The position numbers and the translations under genes are program-made. The notes under the pieces are model-generated. The model saw only the letters and a list, made by a program, of their open reading frames with translations. It was not told the DNA's origin and did not search any database. A DNA stretch of 64,000 nucleotides from Azolla caroliniana (taxonomy: Eukaryota > Plantae > Polypodiophyta), in NCBI GenBank assembly GCA_043228905.1, contig JBHGNT010000001.1, positions 6,076,001-6,140,000 of the forward strand, given 5' to 3'. Positions 1-19,472 of the stretch are shown here, one piece after another; position 1 is the first letter of the stretch, and each line of letters opens with the position of its first letter.

Positions 1-123
1 AATGTGCTATGCGTATTCTGTTTGTAGTCATCATTTGATCATGCTGTTAATGCTGCCTTGTTTTAACCTTTGCAGTGACCTGATGGAAAATGTTTACCAA
101 CTCTGGAAATTAGTACTGCCTTG

Positions 124-404
124 GTTTATCATCTGTTGCCCTGCACTTTTTATGCATATTGAGACTTGCCCAATGCATTTGATTTATGACATGGAAAGGG
201 CATGTATAATAGTTCATTTAAAAGATTTTATGTTCTGAATTGCTATTACAATTGTGGAAAAGGTGCATCAGTTTATCATCTGTTTCTAAATACCATAAGT
301 CATTCCCTCCACTTCTTATGCATATTGAGACTTGCCCAATGCATTTGATTTATGACATGGAAAAGGAATGTATAATGGTTCATTTAAAAGATTTTATGTT
401 CTGA
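124..404. repeat. Local direct duplication of ~95-115 bp
   Basis: 144-238 matches 310-404 (ttatgcatattgagacttgcccaatgcatttgatttatgacatggaaa...aaagattttatgttctga). Confidence 0.9.
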
Positions 405-1711
405 TTTATGCTAATGGAAAAGGTGTGTATAATGACCCTTTTAGAGCATTCCTATGCAGATGTACTCATATTAATTTTGTTAACTTGCACATGATACATT
501 CATTTCCCATTTGATCCATTGGCTGTATTTCAATGCTGATTGTGTGCAACATGATCTTCTTACAACTATAAATGTGTGGATATACAGATGCAATGTGAGT
601 TGAACTATTAATCTGTTTATCATGCACAAACAGTAAAAGTATTTGATAAAAGCACATGCATACATTCAAAGTGGTCATTATCTCATTGAAGTTTGATCAA
701 TTAAATGAAGTGAGCATAACGAGAGACTGAAAGTTACGTCGATTTGAACCTTAATGAGAGTGCACATCATCTAATTTTAACCACTACACCAAAATCATGT
801 CCTTGTGAATGGTAAGAATTGGCACTTCTTGTACTAATCAAAAAGATTTTACACTTGTTGGGTCTAGTTACTACTTCACTTACCATGACTCTCAAGGGTA
901 TTGTCTTGTCTTCACCCTTACAAAGAGATTCAGAGAAACTTAATCACTTAATTAGCATACTTGGGATACAATGCTCATTTTTTGTGCTTAAGTATATTTC
1001 AAGAGAGTCTGCTAGATATATAACTATCATCATCACATATTCTCGTTGTCGGTGTTGTAAAGTTCTCAACTTTTTCTAATTTCAAGTTTTGTTGGGATTT
1101 GAATCTCAATTTCCCTTCCCCATCCCATGGGTAATGATGTGGCTCAACATAACAATGCAAATGGCTTTAGAAACTATGAATGCAAAGAATTTGTGGTTGG
1201 CAATTTCTAAGTGAGGTGTAGAAGAATCTAGCTATGCTCCCCTAAAAAATTGGTAGTTCACAATTCATCGTTGAACACAATAGCCCACTAACAAAACATG
1301 GTTGAACACAATTCATGATGGGGTTGCTATCCAATGTACGATACATGTGTACATCATACATATCAAGATAATTCACATGTCAATTCACCACTAACTAAGC
1401 TCTATCGTCAATTATCTTATGTTTTGATTTTTTTCTATCAAATAACCAATATTGTTATATTTAAGCCATCAATTCCAAACTAGGGCCATAAGTGTAGGCA
1501 GAGTACATAATAATTGCTAAATATGATTATATGCATGAAGTATATGTAACTTGACACTTATAATTTTGAATGCTATCATCCTCCTTTACAGCAATAAAAT
1601 AGTATTTTGTATAGTTACCACAAGAAGCTTCACCATATAATTCATTTATTTCAAATTACAGAACTCATGTCATTTCAAATTTACTAGATGCCACTGTGGA
1701 ATGTGGGGGCC

Positions 1712-1975
1712 CGAGGGTTGAATGCATGACCTTTTGGCCTTCGTCAAACAACTGTACTAACTAATAGATATCTATCTAAGTTCTTTATTTTATCATTTTT
1801 TAAAACTAGTTTACCCTAGTGGTAAGTTGATATGACTACTAATCTTAGGCCTCAGGTTCAAGGCTTGACTATCAACCCTCTATTACATCATGCATATTTT
1901 TCATAATTTACTAGGTCCCTCTAGAATGCTTGACCTTTTGGTCTCCAAATTATCAATGTTAATTCATCTAAATGG
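1712..1975 (-). mobile_element. Two degenerate copies of the same tRNA-derived SINE-like head (1712-1775, 1921-1975)
   Basis: Share the core tgaccttttgg with 50852 and have a degenerate B-box-like flank. Confidence 0.4.
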
Positions 1976-2483
1976 TAAATACTTTATTTTATTTCCAAAA
2001 ACCATATAAAACAACTAATTTATGCTTAGGTAATGCATAGATGCTTCTACAAACCACTTGAAATATCATTTGAAGGTAATACTACAAAATCTTCCATTCA
2101 GGAAATATATGAAAATCCACAATAAAGAAAGATAACACAGCAGTTTATCAAAAAACCTTGAAAATCACAAGTGGTGATATATATCCTTATCTTAAAACAG
2201 AAGTTCTATAGAAACTCAAAATGTTCCCTAGACAATGTCAACGAACCAAAAATTCAGATAGTAACTCATAACCACAATTAATGTCAGAGAACCAAAGATA
2301 AGGATAGAGATCATAATCACAACTTCCGTCCCTCTTCAATGAGAGTTCACACGTAATGGCAATATTTGTAGGGAGATAATGAACACTTATAATTCGGTTA
2401 TTATACTTCATATACCAAACAATTACTAATGAAACAGTCTTCCGAGTCGCCAAGAAAAATTGCTGTCGCTCAGCTTTTTAACT

Positions 2484-8090
<5,607 letters not shown>

Positions 8091-8345
8091 AACCCTCCTC
8101 CTGGTATCCCCTTTGCCTGGTCTTGTGAACCAGATTTCCAGCAGAAGGAAGGGGAAGAAAGAAGGGAAGAGGAATGAAGGAGACGAAGACGAGGAGGTGA
8201 AGAAGAAGAAGAATCTTTTTTCCTTCTTTGGAACCTTGAGGCAGAATCTGGATGGAGAGAGAAAGAGAGGGAGGGTACAAAGGAGCTATCGGCGAGAAGA
8301 TGCAGAAACAGACAGGCAGACAGAAGGGAAGAGATGGATTGAGAT

Positions 8346-8377
8346 GAAGAAGAAGAAGAAGAAGAAGAAGAAGAAGA
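8346..8377. repeat. (GAA)10 microsatellite upstream of CK2 ATG
   Basis: Direct reading. Confidence 0.95.
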
Positions 8378-8807
8378 TCAATTTGATGAGAGTCAAAGGG
8401 GGGGTTGTAAATCTGCATCTGTTTTGGTTTTTCTTTGGGGCAGGGGGATTTTGTGTATTTCCCCAAATGCCCCTGAGCATGGTGGGCTTGGGCTTCTCTT
8501 TAATCCCATGGAAAATGCCCCTGAGCAATGAGCATGATGACTATTGGCTTGGCAAGTTGGCTTCCTATAGCTCTCACCAACTTCCCGTCATCTCCAGTCG
8601 GCCTTCTCTCCCTCCCTCTCTCTCTGTGTCTCTCGCTCAAGATCCAACCAACTCGAGAGATGCTCTTATTATTATTAGTATACATCATCAATCCAGAAAA
8701 TCTCTCGTGTCTTTGACGTATGTACTGATCCTCCTTCGATTCAATGTGTGTGTGTGTGTATCCTTAGGTGATTGCGTAAATCTGTAAATCTGTCGACAAC
8801 TCTAATC

Positions 8808-10200
8808 AGCATTGGCAATATCTCGTTGGCAAATGCTAAGATGACTCAAATGTTTTTTTCCTTTTGTTATCCATCTGTTCATATCTTTTTGCATCTTTAA
8901 GTTTAAGATTCCTTCTTTTTCCTCCACATCTGCATTTTGTTGTCGTAGGCATTTTAACACGCTTAGAATCGAAGCCGTGGACACTAAACTAAATCATATT
9001 CATCAATATACTTTTTTTGACACAGCATGAGATCATCACGAGCATTTTTCGACTTCCAAACCAAGAAAATATCTTAACCCTCCCAAATCTTTCACCTCAA
9101 AGCTCACATGCCAATTCCTTCTTAACATTTGTCAACAAATACTGACCTCTTTTGATGGTAAGATCATTGACATAATTGACGATTATCGTAACTCCTTTGA
9201 ATAAGTTTTCATTACCAATATTGTCCAAATGCAATACTTCAATTAAAACCTATATTTTGTATATACTTTGTTAACCTAAAACACCATGCACATGATGCTT
9301 GTTTGAAACCATACAAAGTTTTCTTTAGCTCGCATATGAGATTATTCACACACACATCCTTCTGGTTGTTCCACATAGACAATTTCATTTAGACTACCAT
9401 TAAAAATATAAATCGACAACCATTTGATAAAGATCATGATTTAAACAATTGCAAGTGAAATTATGAATCTTATACTAGACACTTTTGTAGAAAGGAAAAA
9501 TATTTCATCATAAACTAAACAAGTTTGTGCATTAACAATTTGCATCACTTCTAGCTTCATAAATATTAATTGCACCATAAGATTTATATTTTGTATTATA
9601 AATCCATCCACGACCAATTATATTTTGAACCTAAACTCTTGACACTCATTCTCATATGCCATTTTTCTTCAATCGATCCATTTCTTTGTGCATGACTTCC
9701 ACCATTCTCTTTTACAAAATGTATGCTCCTAAGAATTTGGTACATGGTATTATTAAAACAAATAACCAATGTTGTACAAATAATGAATTGAAAGTTAATC
9801 TATCCACCAAATGAAACACACTCCATGATTGATACCAAAATCATCATCTTCAAACTTTTCCTACTTCTTTCACAGATACACTTTCTGAAGACACCCTAGA
9901 ATGGGATGCTCTGCCATGGTGGGTCTTTACTATTGTTCGCACCCTTGTAGTGTATCGTCCTTTATTCCCCCTTCACATCCCAACTCACCTATCGAAATTT
10001 GTTCTCCTTTATACTCTCCTCATGAATGCTAGTTCCTTCAACACATGCAACACCCTTACACACCCAAAAATGATGGTGAGTTGTTAAGTGGAACATGGGG
10101 TTCTATACATTCATGTTTGGGCCTTTATTGTCAATACTCTCCCTCATCATCCTGAATATTGGCATCAAATATCAAACACGTGAACCACTCATCCTGGGAT
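8808..10200 (-). mobile_element. Degenerate Ty1/copia pol remnant (end of integrase region plus reverse transcriptase)
   Basis: Minus-strand translation, with stops and frameshifts, gives copia motifs in the expected order: IFGC (~10070), WIYNTKY..YEAR (~9550-9610), EIVYVEQPEG (~9360-9390), CELKKTLYGFKQAS.AW (~9285-9335), YVND for YVDD (~9165), FEVKDLGGLRYFLGLEV (~9050-9100), CQKKYI (~9010), CQRDIANA (~8810-8830). Boundaries are approximate. Confidence 0.85.
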
Positions 10201-10801
10201 TGCAAAGAGAGTCCTTGCATCAACAAGAAAAAACAATAATAAACAACATTCCCTAGAATGACCAATGTACAAGAGAACCTCATTGCCTATACATGTAAGT
10301 AATTATCAATATATTTGTGGCCTATTTATCTCCCAATGTTTATTTAGGTTAGCAACTCTAGACTTTGATTGGGTTATACGCCCTAGTGTTTGGGAGGAAA
10401 TGCATTGTTGTAATAGTGATAAACTTCAAGCAAGCCAATCCCTTAACAATTCTTTATATAATATCAATTATACATTACTTTAATTCAAATTTTGAGAGAC
10501 AAAACCAAAGTGAGCAAAATCCACTTTGTGTATGATCTAATATTAGATGCATGATCATAGGGAGTTGCTCCTTTAATTCGTTGATATGTGAACTTAAAAA
10601 TTGATGACTAACGTCGTGTACATTAGATAAATACAAATGTACATTAGAAGCTCTAATTAAAATAGGAAAATTTAAATTCCATTAATAATGCCTTGATGCC
10701 TAGTAATTTGAAGCATAACAGAGGTGGGAAAGTAATGTACATTTGAAGGAAAGAATATATGTATATTATCTACTTAACACTTCCAATTGGTATCCCCAAA
10801 T

Positions 10802-13800
10802 TCATTGTTGTCGTTCCCGATTGCAAAGAATCATACAAAATAAAGCGATAATCCTTGCAACAAAACCCATAATAAAAAGGATGCTTAAACATAATCCCCA
10901 ATGATGTAGATCATATCCAGCTCCAGCAAGATGAGCACATCTCGTGATAAGCCAAACACCAGAGTACCTTTATATAAGAAGACATTAGTGCATCAAATAT
11001 CAATAACTCAACACATTTATTGTTCTTTTATAACTTAATGAAAATATGTGCATGATGTTCACCTTGTGGCATTTGCGATGACATAAGCTTCCAAAACCCA
11101 TCGTGGATAAGTGGCATATTGGAGGACTTCAAGAAACCCATTTGCACCTTTCTTTGTTGCAATAAGAGTACTTATGATAGGAAGAAAAACAGACCACTGC
11201 GAAAAGAGCCCTATAAACATTAGAGACACTACATTGGGCCTCATGTTCTATTTCCCCTATTACTTTGTTATATTTTCTTATATTTACAAGGTAATGCTAT
11301 AGTCAACCATAGTGGCTTTGAATAAGCTAATGGCCCTATTATAGCCTTATTTAACACCTGTGTATGCTTATGAATAATCTTAATTTTAGCTAATAACATG
11401 TTGCAACACCCACTGTAGATAAGTGGCATATTGGAGGACTTCAAGAAACCCAGTTGGACAATTCTTTGTTGAAATAAAGGTACTTATTAAAACCAGAAGA
11501 CTGAAAAGATCCATATAAACATTTGATACACAACACTTGGCTTCATGTTCTATTTCCCCTATTACTTCATTTTATTACAAGGTAATGCTAAAATCAACCA
11601 TGGTGGCTTTGAAAGAGTTAATCCCCCTATTACAGCCTTATTTAACACCTATGTATGCTTATTATTAATATAATTTTAGCTTATAACATGTTGACTTGAT
11701 ATCAAAATTGTAATTCATCATTTTGTTTAGCTTGATGTCTAAATTTTAACTTACAATACTGTGTAAGTTGATAAGAATTTGAATTTATGATGTTCATCAA
11801 CTTGATTTATCCAATTGCACTTCGTGACCAAAATTTTAATATATATTGTTTTAAATTGATATCAACTTTACTTACCAATTGGGCTGGTCCAGGTTCTGAT
11901 ATTATAGCAAAAATATATGCGATCCCTGTCACACAATACACCATAGCCATGGTGATTATGTAGTTCTCAGCAAAAGTTGATCGTGGGTTGTTAAAGAAAT
12001 AGAACATTGACAAGAAGACCACGGGCTTTATAAGTGTGTTGAAATGGTCAACGGTATCTTTAGCTAGAAAATAAGCTATCCGGTTAATGCTCGATGCACT
12101 CTCACGCCAGTACTGTAGTTTGTCATTCGAAAATGTTCGCAAGGCTGATATCATAGAAAGAAGTGCTGCAAATAATAACAATGATTGATACATGGTAAAG
12201 TTGAATGCAAAGTGGGATTGTTTTCTTCTTTCCTTTTCTGTCCTTTTAATTTGGGTTTTACTCTTACAATTTATTAATGTTCATTCAAAAGGTGTCAACA
12301 GGTTTGTAGTTATTTATCCTAGGTAAAAAATACCTAAACTTTTATATGTTTACTAGAATGTTCCTAAGTTTCCAAAAATGATGAGACGACTCTGAAATTA
12401 CACAAAAGCGTAGCATTGTCAAAAGCGGTAAATTCTGTTCTGATAATCTTATGGGTTGTTGATGGCTTGCCCCAAATCATATGTGTTATTATCACCACCA
12501 AGGGTCTCTCTCTAGGGGTTGCCATCCAGCATAGATTTTCCTCTGACCTCCCTCCTCATATGGTACACGTAACACAAGTTGGGTTCTCACACTTGCATCT
12601 CATACAGGAGAGTTGGGGGTAACAAGCACATTGAAGAACCATAACTTGTTCCTTGGTTCCTGAAAATGTATATAAGCACGTTTTTTCTAGGGATCCGAAG
12701 GCCGCAAAACCACACACTGGTCTTGCCTCTGTTGCTTCTTTCATGGAAAATTTAGGCCCTTATCTCAAGGTCTACATATGATTTCACATACTCTACTAGG
12801 TCCCCATCAAATGTAAATCAATGCTCATGATTTCTCACTGAAGCAATACCAAGATTTCTTGTCCCATTAGAAATTATATTTGATTCCTCAGTTATCAAAA
12901 GAAATCCAGTGAGTTGATAAAGCATTCTTCTGAATTTGTGGAAGCACTTCCTTGATTCCATACCAATCTAACCTGGATGTACCATAAAGAGTTGGGGTTT
13001 TATTGGTACAGGACTAGAATGAAGACAATTTTTTTTTTTGGTAAAATCATACAATTATATTAATTGCATGAAAAAAAACCCCTATTACAACTTGTAAGTC
13101 AACTTTACATATCTACATAGAGAGATACATATTCATATCATTACAAACCATGAATATGTCTCTCGACATCCCCTAACCTTTCTTATCAGACCAAATGACG
13201 AATCTGATGTCCAACTAACTTACATACTTGTCTCTCTTCATGATTGAATATGCTTGACATCTCCAACAATGAAAATTGCCATAAAAGGAACCCCTTCAAT
13301 CTCAAAACATAACAGTGTACTCCCCTTTGTTCATCAAATATAAAAGCATTTCGCATATACCTTTGAATGAAGAAAATTTGTGAAGGGCTTCCTGCTCACA
13401 CTGTTCCTCTTTCTTGTTATGTACCACCTGAACTACATGTTCTTGCTTGTAGAAAACAACCACACCTCTAGCTCCTCTAATTTCTCCTACTGTGTGGTTA
13501 GGACAGTAGCCTAATTCCCATTGAAATCCTCATAGCTTTGGCAAATGAGTCCCTTAACGTTGGTTTGTTTCCAAAGACATAGCAATGGCCGTGATTGGAA
13601 GTTCCTTCACAGATGCCTCCATCTAAACAGAGATCACCATGACAATTGCATAACATCAATTTCAAGGGGGTCCGATAGGTCTCAGAACTTCATGTGGATT
13701 GATGTTCTATGATGATCACGCTCCATGTACTCGTGAATGGGGACCCTTATACACCACTATGGCGTAAGCTTGTTGAATCTTCATATGGGTTAGTTTCCTC

Positions 13801-16800
13801 CTTCCAGACAAACACTTTCACATGTAGTGATTGGGCTTTGCATCTCTTGTCCTCTTCCCAATGTGTCATTTAGATTTTAGGCGCATTAGCCGAGCGTTTT
13901 TACCTTGCATCCTATGTACATTTCTTAGCTGCTTTACCAACCTCGATGTATTTGAGTAACTCCTTTTCTACAAGTGTTTTCAGACCTAAGAGAAAACTCT
14001 GAAATGCCGAAAATAGGTCTGGACAGAAACCCTCAGCACAGGCAAAGTTTAAGCAAAAACCATAAATACAGAAAATAATATTATTATCTGTGTATGAAAG
14101 GCCAAAATGAACTATGAATGATCTAGTTGGAGAGAATAATCGAACATAATGGCATAGACCTCCCATGCAAAACAGGACATAGTTGAGATGGCCGTGTCAA
14201 CTGTGTTTGGAGACCATGAGGGCATTAGTTAGTTGATACACTGATGTGGCATGTAGTTATTCATATCTTCAATCCACAACCTTATGGATGATCTAGTAGA
14301 TTACAGCTAGGATAAGCACATTACAATTAAACAGTGCTCCTGTTGTGATCGTGCTTCAGCGCTCAGGTAACAATATAACCTATCTTCTTCATTGTTCCTC
14401 TTGAGTTCATTTTCTGTACATACTCTGTTTTCCGTTCCAATCATCTTTTATTTTCTTTATTTTCTTTCTTACTAACCTTTAGGTCAATCATCTGAAGCTT
14501 TGTTTCAACTTAAATTAAATGCTTTCTTAATTTTCCCTTTTCCCTTTTTATTTACATTTTGCTTAATTAATTAATATTATTGAAGAAGGAAAACACTAGA
14601 AAATGTAATGAGTGCAGTTGAGGAGCTTACATAAAGCAATTATTAAATATGTGTAATTGTTTGCCCCAAGGCTCGAGTCTTTAGAAGGTGTGATCAACCC
14701 AAGGCATGCCCCCGCAAGGAGCAAGATTAGATAATCTTGGGTCTGCAGTCTTGCTTCTCGGAACCGTTGAAGAGCGAGCCTGTTCCATGCAGAAACATTG
14801 AAAAATTAATTGGGAATAAGAAATGGCAAAACGCATATCAACGTTCAAAACAAATCTTAGAACCATATTCTTCTATATTTTTATTGGGGAAAAAGTCCTG
14901 GGCTTGCCAAATAGCTATTTTCTAAAGCATGCAAGCTGTTGGCTATTTTTATGCCCTAAGTTTTTTGAAATATTCACTGAAATTCACAGATAAAACAATG
15001 AATTTTACGCAGATTTTGCCCAAAAATAGCCCATTTTTGTGAGATTTTGCAATATCACCCAAGTTTAATAAACTTTTAGGGTTTTATTTCCTATAAAATT
15101 ACTAATCCATTAATACTTAATAAGTCCACAAGGCTTTCCTTATTTGACACCATTCATTCTTTCTAAAGATATTACAATTTCTAAAGACTTGAATGTTCAC
15201 GATCAATGCTCAGAATCTAGCAAATAAATAAATAATGAGCAGAATTTTGGCATTCATATGGAACAAACCTGAAAACAATGAACTTGAACTGATAAAAGAA
15301 TCCTGGTGTGCGGCGTTGTGACAAGTCTTGGGTGCGACTGAAAAGACTCTTGAAATCATCCCATTTTACCTCACCAAAGGAGGTAAACTCATGCCAAAGC
15401 TCTTGATAGAAAGACTTCTTTAAATGTAAACTATTTCCCAAAGGTACATGGCCATCATTCTTTGAACCGTCCAAACTTGCTGCCAATGCCCGCAGGTCAT
15501 CTGGAACAGGATATCCATTGTGCTCAATCCATTTCAATGGAAGAATCTTTGGGTTGAAGTCAGGAATCCCTTCAGGCTTGGCTATACCCTCCAAAACATC
15601 CATGAAATGATCAGGTGGATTTATACGTTCAGGAACAACTATGCTCATCGATAAAAAGTATTCTTCTACATCATCTACTGGACCCAAATATACTGTCCTT
15701 CCACCTTTTGCAAGGAACATAACATCATCAAATAGCCGGAATAAGCCATAACTGCAACAATAAGCAAACAGATCAAATGAAACTGCATTAATCATCAAGT
15801 GGAGCAAAATAATTCCATTGATCATAAGTTCAGTTCAAATGAAACAAATTAATTCCATTGTTAATATAATTCCTGCACTTGCACAATGTTATGTTCCTTT
15901 CACAGGGAACATAATGTCATACCTGCCCCACAAACATTAAATCATGGGGAAAATACTATGAACTTGTTGGATATTTACCATAATATCCCCAACGTTTTGA
16001 AAATTACAATCATACGTATGTCTAGTATTTACTACAGAGGGGATACTGGTAAATTTTGAGAACTTAGGGTTTTTAAGTAAATACAAACAGTTTAGCAGTA
16101 TTTTGATCATTTTTTTCCTAAATCACATAATAATAACGATTTAATCAATAGACAAAGCAAATTGATAATAACTTCAATTTGGTAGAATCCCAATGTCAAT
16201 ACGTCCTAGAGGGCCTTCTTTCGTACCTTGGCTGATGGAGCACAACTCCTACATTTACTCCCACAAATGCTTCTCTTCTTAAAGCTTTCAACACAAATTG
16301 TGAAGACGTACTATCTAGACCAGAGGTTGGCTCATCCAAAATCAAAAGAGAAGGCTCCATCACCATCTCGAGCCCCACATTCACTCTTTTTCGCTGCCCT
16401 CCCGAAATTCCTCTTTTCTCGACTGTCCCAACTTTTGAATTGCGGATCACTGAAAGTCCAAGAGAATCGATGATGCGTTCAACCACCAGCACCTTTTTTT
16501 CGATTGTCATATCCACAGGAAGCCTGCATAAAGCAGAAACTCTCTTTCTTTTTTCTTCTTTTTCACTTTTCCCTTTTTGTTTTTCATTTTCTTTGTAAAG
16601 AGTATTGTATCATACAACACTATCAAATGCACCCGGCCCCAAAGGGGCTTCCCTCTGTTTGAAGACCTCGTTGGTGATCTTTCAAAAGACAGACGTTTCA
16701 AGTTTCATCCATCTAAGCTCAGAAGTTGGTCAACTTTGGTTATACCTTACTGGTAAGTGATATTCTTACTAAACCATAGATTGTGGTACAAATCCCACCA

Positions 16801-19429
16801 GTTTACGCTATACCATTGGCTCTCTCTCTCTCTGTGTGTCAATTCTCTTTATTATACAATAAAGAATACATATGCATATCTATGTATAGAGAGAGAGTGT
16901 GCATACAAATATCAATTTATCTTTTATTAGTCAGGCGAATTTATATTGTACCAATCACGCTTGAAGTATAAATAGAAAGACTGGAAATCTATGGACAGTA
17001 AAACTAATTGGATGTTGAAATATCTGGGTATCTTTGTAAGATGTGAAACACCCAATCCCATTCCAACCTCAATATGCTAAAAATGTTTCATTAACTATTC
17101 CCATATCAAATTGAAAATACCTGTATCGAGCACTGAACCAAAGATTCTCCTCTACTGTTAAGTTCCCATGAACAATATCATCTTGAGGAACAAAACCGAT
17201 AACCTTTTTGTAACAATTAATGGGATCTGGCCTCCCATTGATCAATATAGTCCCTGTGGTTATGCTACTGTAAGCTTTTCCAGCCAAAGCATTCAAGAAG
17301 GTAGTCTTTCCAGCACCAGAAGGACCCATTACAGCTGTCACTCGTCCAGGTGATAGTTTTCCCGTGACATCGGAGAGAATTTTTTTTCCATTCCCTTTCA
17401 AGAACAGGGAGAGATCTTTGAAAACAATCTCGATCTTCAGTCGGCTGCCTTCTGTTTGACCTTTTCCAGCATGATCGATCACATCTGTCCACCCAAGTGG
17501 TTTGTTTTGAATTTCTTTTCCTTTTTCAATCTCCTCAAATGCATACCTAAAAATCTGGCTTTTCGTTTGTGGAGTGTATCTTTTGTTTGCTTTGGTGCCT
17601 TGCTCACTAGCAGGGATAGGCACTTCAACAAATTCATACAAATCATCTTCTGCAATATCTTCTTGTGAATATCTTGGGAGTGTTTCACCTTCATGGTATG
17701 AGCTCTCCTCATTTATGATTCCCATTCTGTGTCGATTGTCATCAGAATGCAAAGTATGTGGAGATACTAATACTTGAAACTCTTGCGAGGCCCGAGTAGT
17801 ATGGTGTCGTGAAAATTTACGGCTACCGCGTTTTACTGCTTCAAAAGCAAACTTCCATCGTTCAACAGTATTAAAATGTCCTCGAACTTGTTGCACTGCC
17901 TTCTCACGCAACTTCCGTTTGCGCTTCTCACGGAGGTGCATCACATGGTCAGAACAGTTATAGACTAGCATCAGGATGGTTATCACTCCCACCTACAACA
18001 AAATATAATCTCAGATCAAATTTAGAAAATTTGTTTTGCAAGTACCAAAACAAACTCGTATTTAAATTATCCCAGTATTATTTTATACACTCTCATGCCT
18101 GAATTCTATTTACAACTCCAATATTTAAACCATTATTGTATTTGCATTTAGGATGTACTGAACAACTATAATCACATCAAAACAAGTATTTGGTATCTTA
18201 GATAGCAAAAAATTCAATTTACATGTAACAAACAGCTCCTATTTACCTCAATACAATGCATAAAATAATAATAATAAAGTTGTAAATTTATTAATGCTCA
18301 AGGCTTTTGAATTGGATTGAGGATCAGGTTCAAGCGCCATACAATAATCATTAGGCCATAACTCTGAATACTTTGCGTGGAAGCTCCAGCCTTGCACGAT
18401 ACCAGTGGATAGCATTCTGAGATTTTTTAACAAGGAAAAACTCAATATGGTTTATTACCATCTATGGAGAATATAATAATTCAGAATTGAACCAATATTT
18501 CTTACTAGTTTGTGTTGTTGACCCTTGCCTACAAAAGTATCTGCCAACAATAAATGGTTTGACCAAAAAATTGTTTTAATTTAACAAATCCAAAACGTGG
18601 TTTCAAAAACGAGAGATCAATTTTCACATAAGAAAACTTCAGAAGATGCTTACCCTTTATTGCATTCACGTATATCCATCGAGCCTGGACAATAAAAACC
18701 TTCAGGACAAAATGTTCCATTAGAGTTTGTAAGATCTGCCCAACGATTTGCACCTCCACAAGTATAGTTTCTACCATGTGTCAATTCATAGTTGAATCTG
18801 ATTCAAAGAAGTAGACTTAACTGAATATATATGCTTCTGTACATACATGTGTCTGTCGGTGTGTCTACCTATGTATGTGTATGTGTGCATCTGTATACAT
18901 ATGTATATGTATATACATGTGCCTGTGTGTCTGTACGTATGTATGTCTGTAGTATGGTATTTATGTGTGTGTGTGTGAACACAAAACAAAAAGAGCCAGG
19001 AGAATGTAAGCATACGGGGAGCAAAGATCTCCATCAAGAGTTGCTTTTGGGCACTGCGCTCCTAGAGGGCACGCTGGAGGAAACAAAAAAGTGATGTTAG
19101 AAATTTCTTCCCTTCTTTCATAAAGAATGTTACCAATAAATCCAGGCCATTATTATCACCCAACACTGAAGGTGCTCCCCTTGCTTTGAAGACCTCTTCA
19201 TCTTGGATCAGACCATGTTACATATCTTTTGAAGGCAGAGTTTCAGTTCATCTAGACTCTGGATGTTAAGTGCTAACGAGAATATCTGATATGTTAGGCA
19301 GTTTTATTAACTAAGTTACATTTATTTCAGTCTGTTGCTCTCAGAGAATTTATAACATTTTTAAGATGTGTTGTTCCATTTTGGCCTCTTAAAAAATTTA
19401 CAATTTCTTTTTTTATCACAAATGTGAAC

Positions 19430-19472
<43 letters not shown>

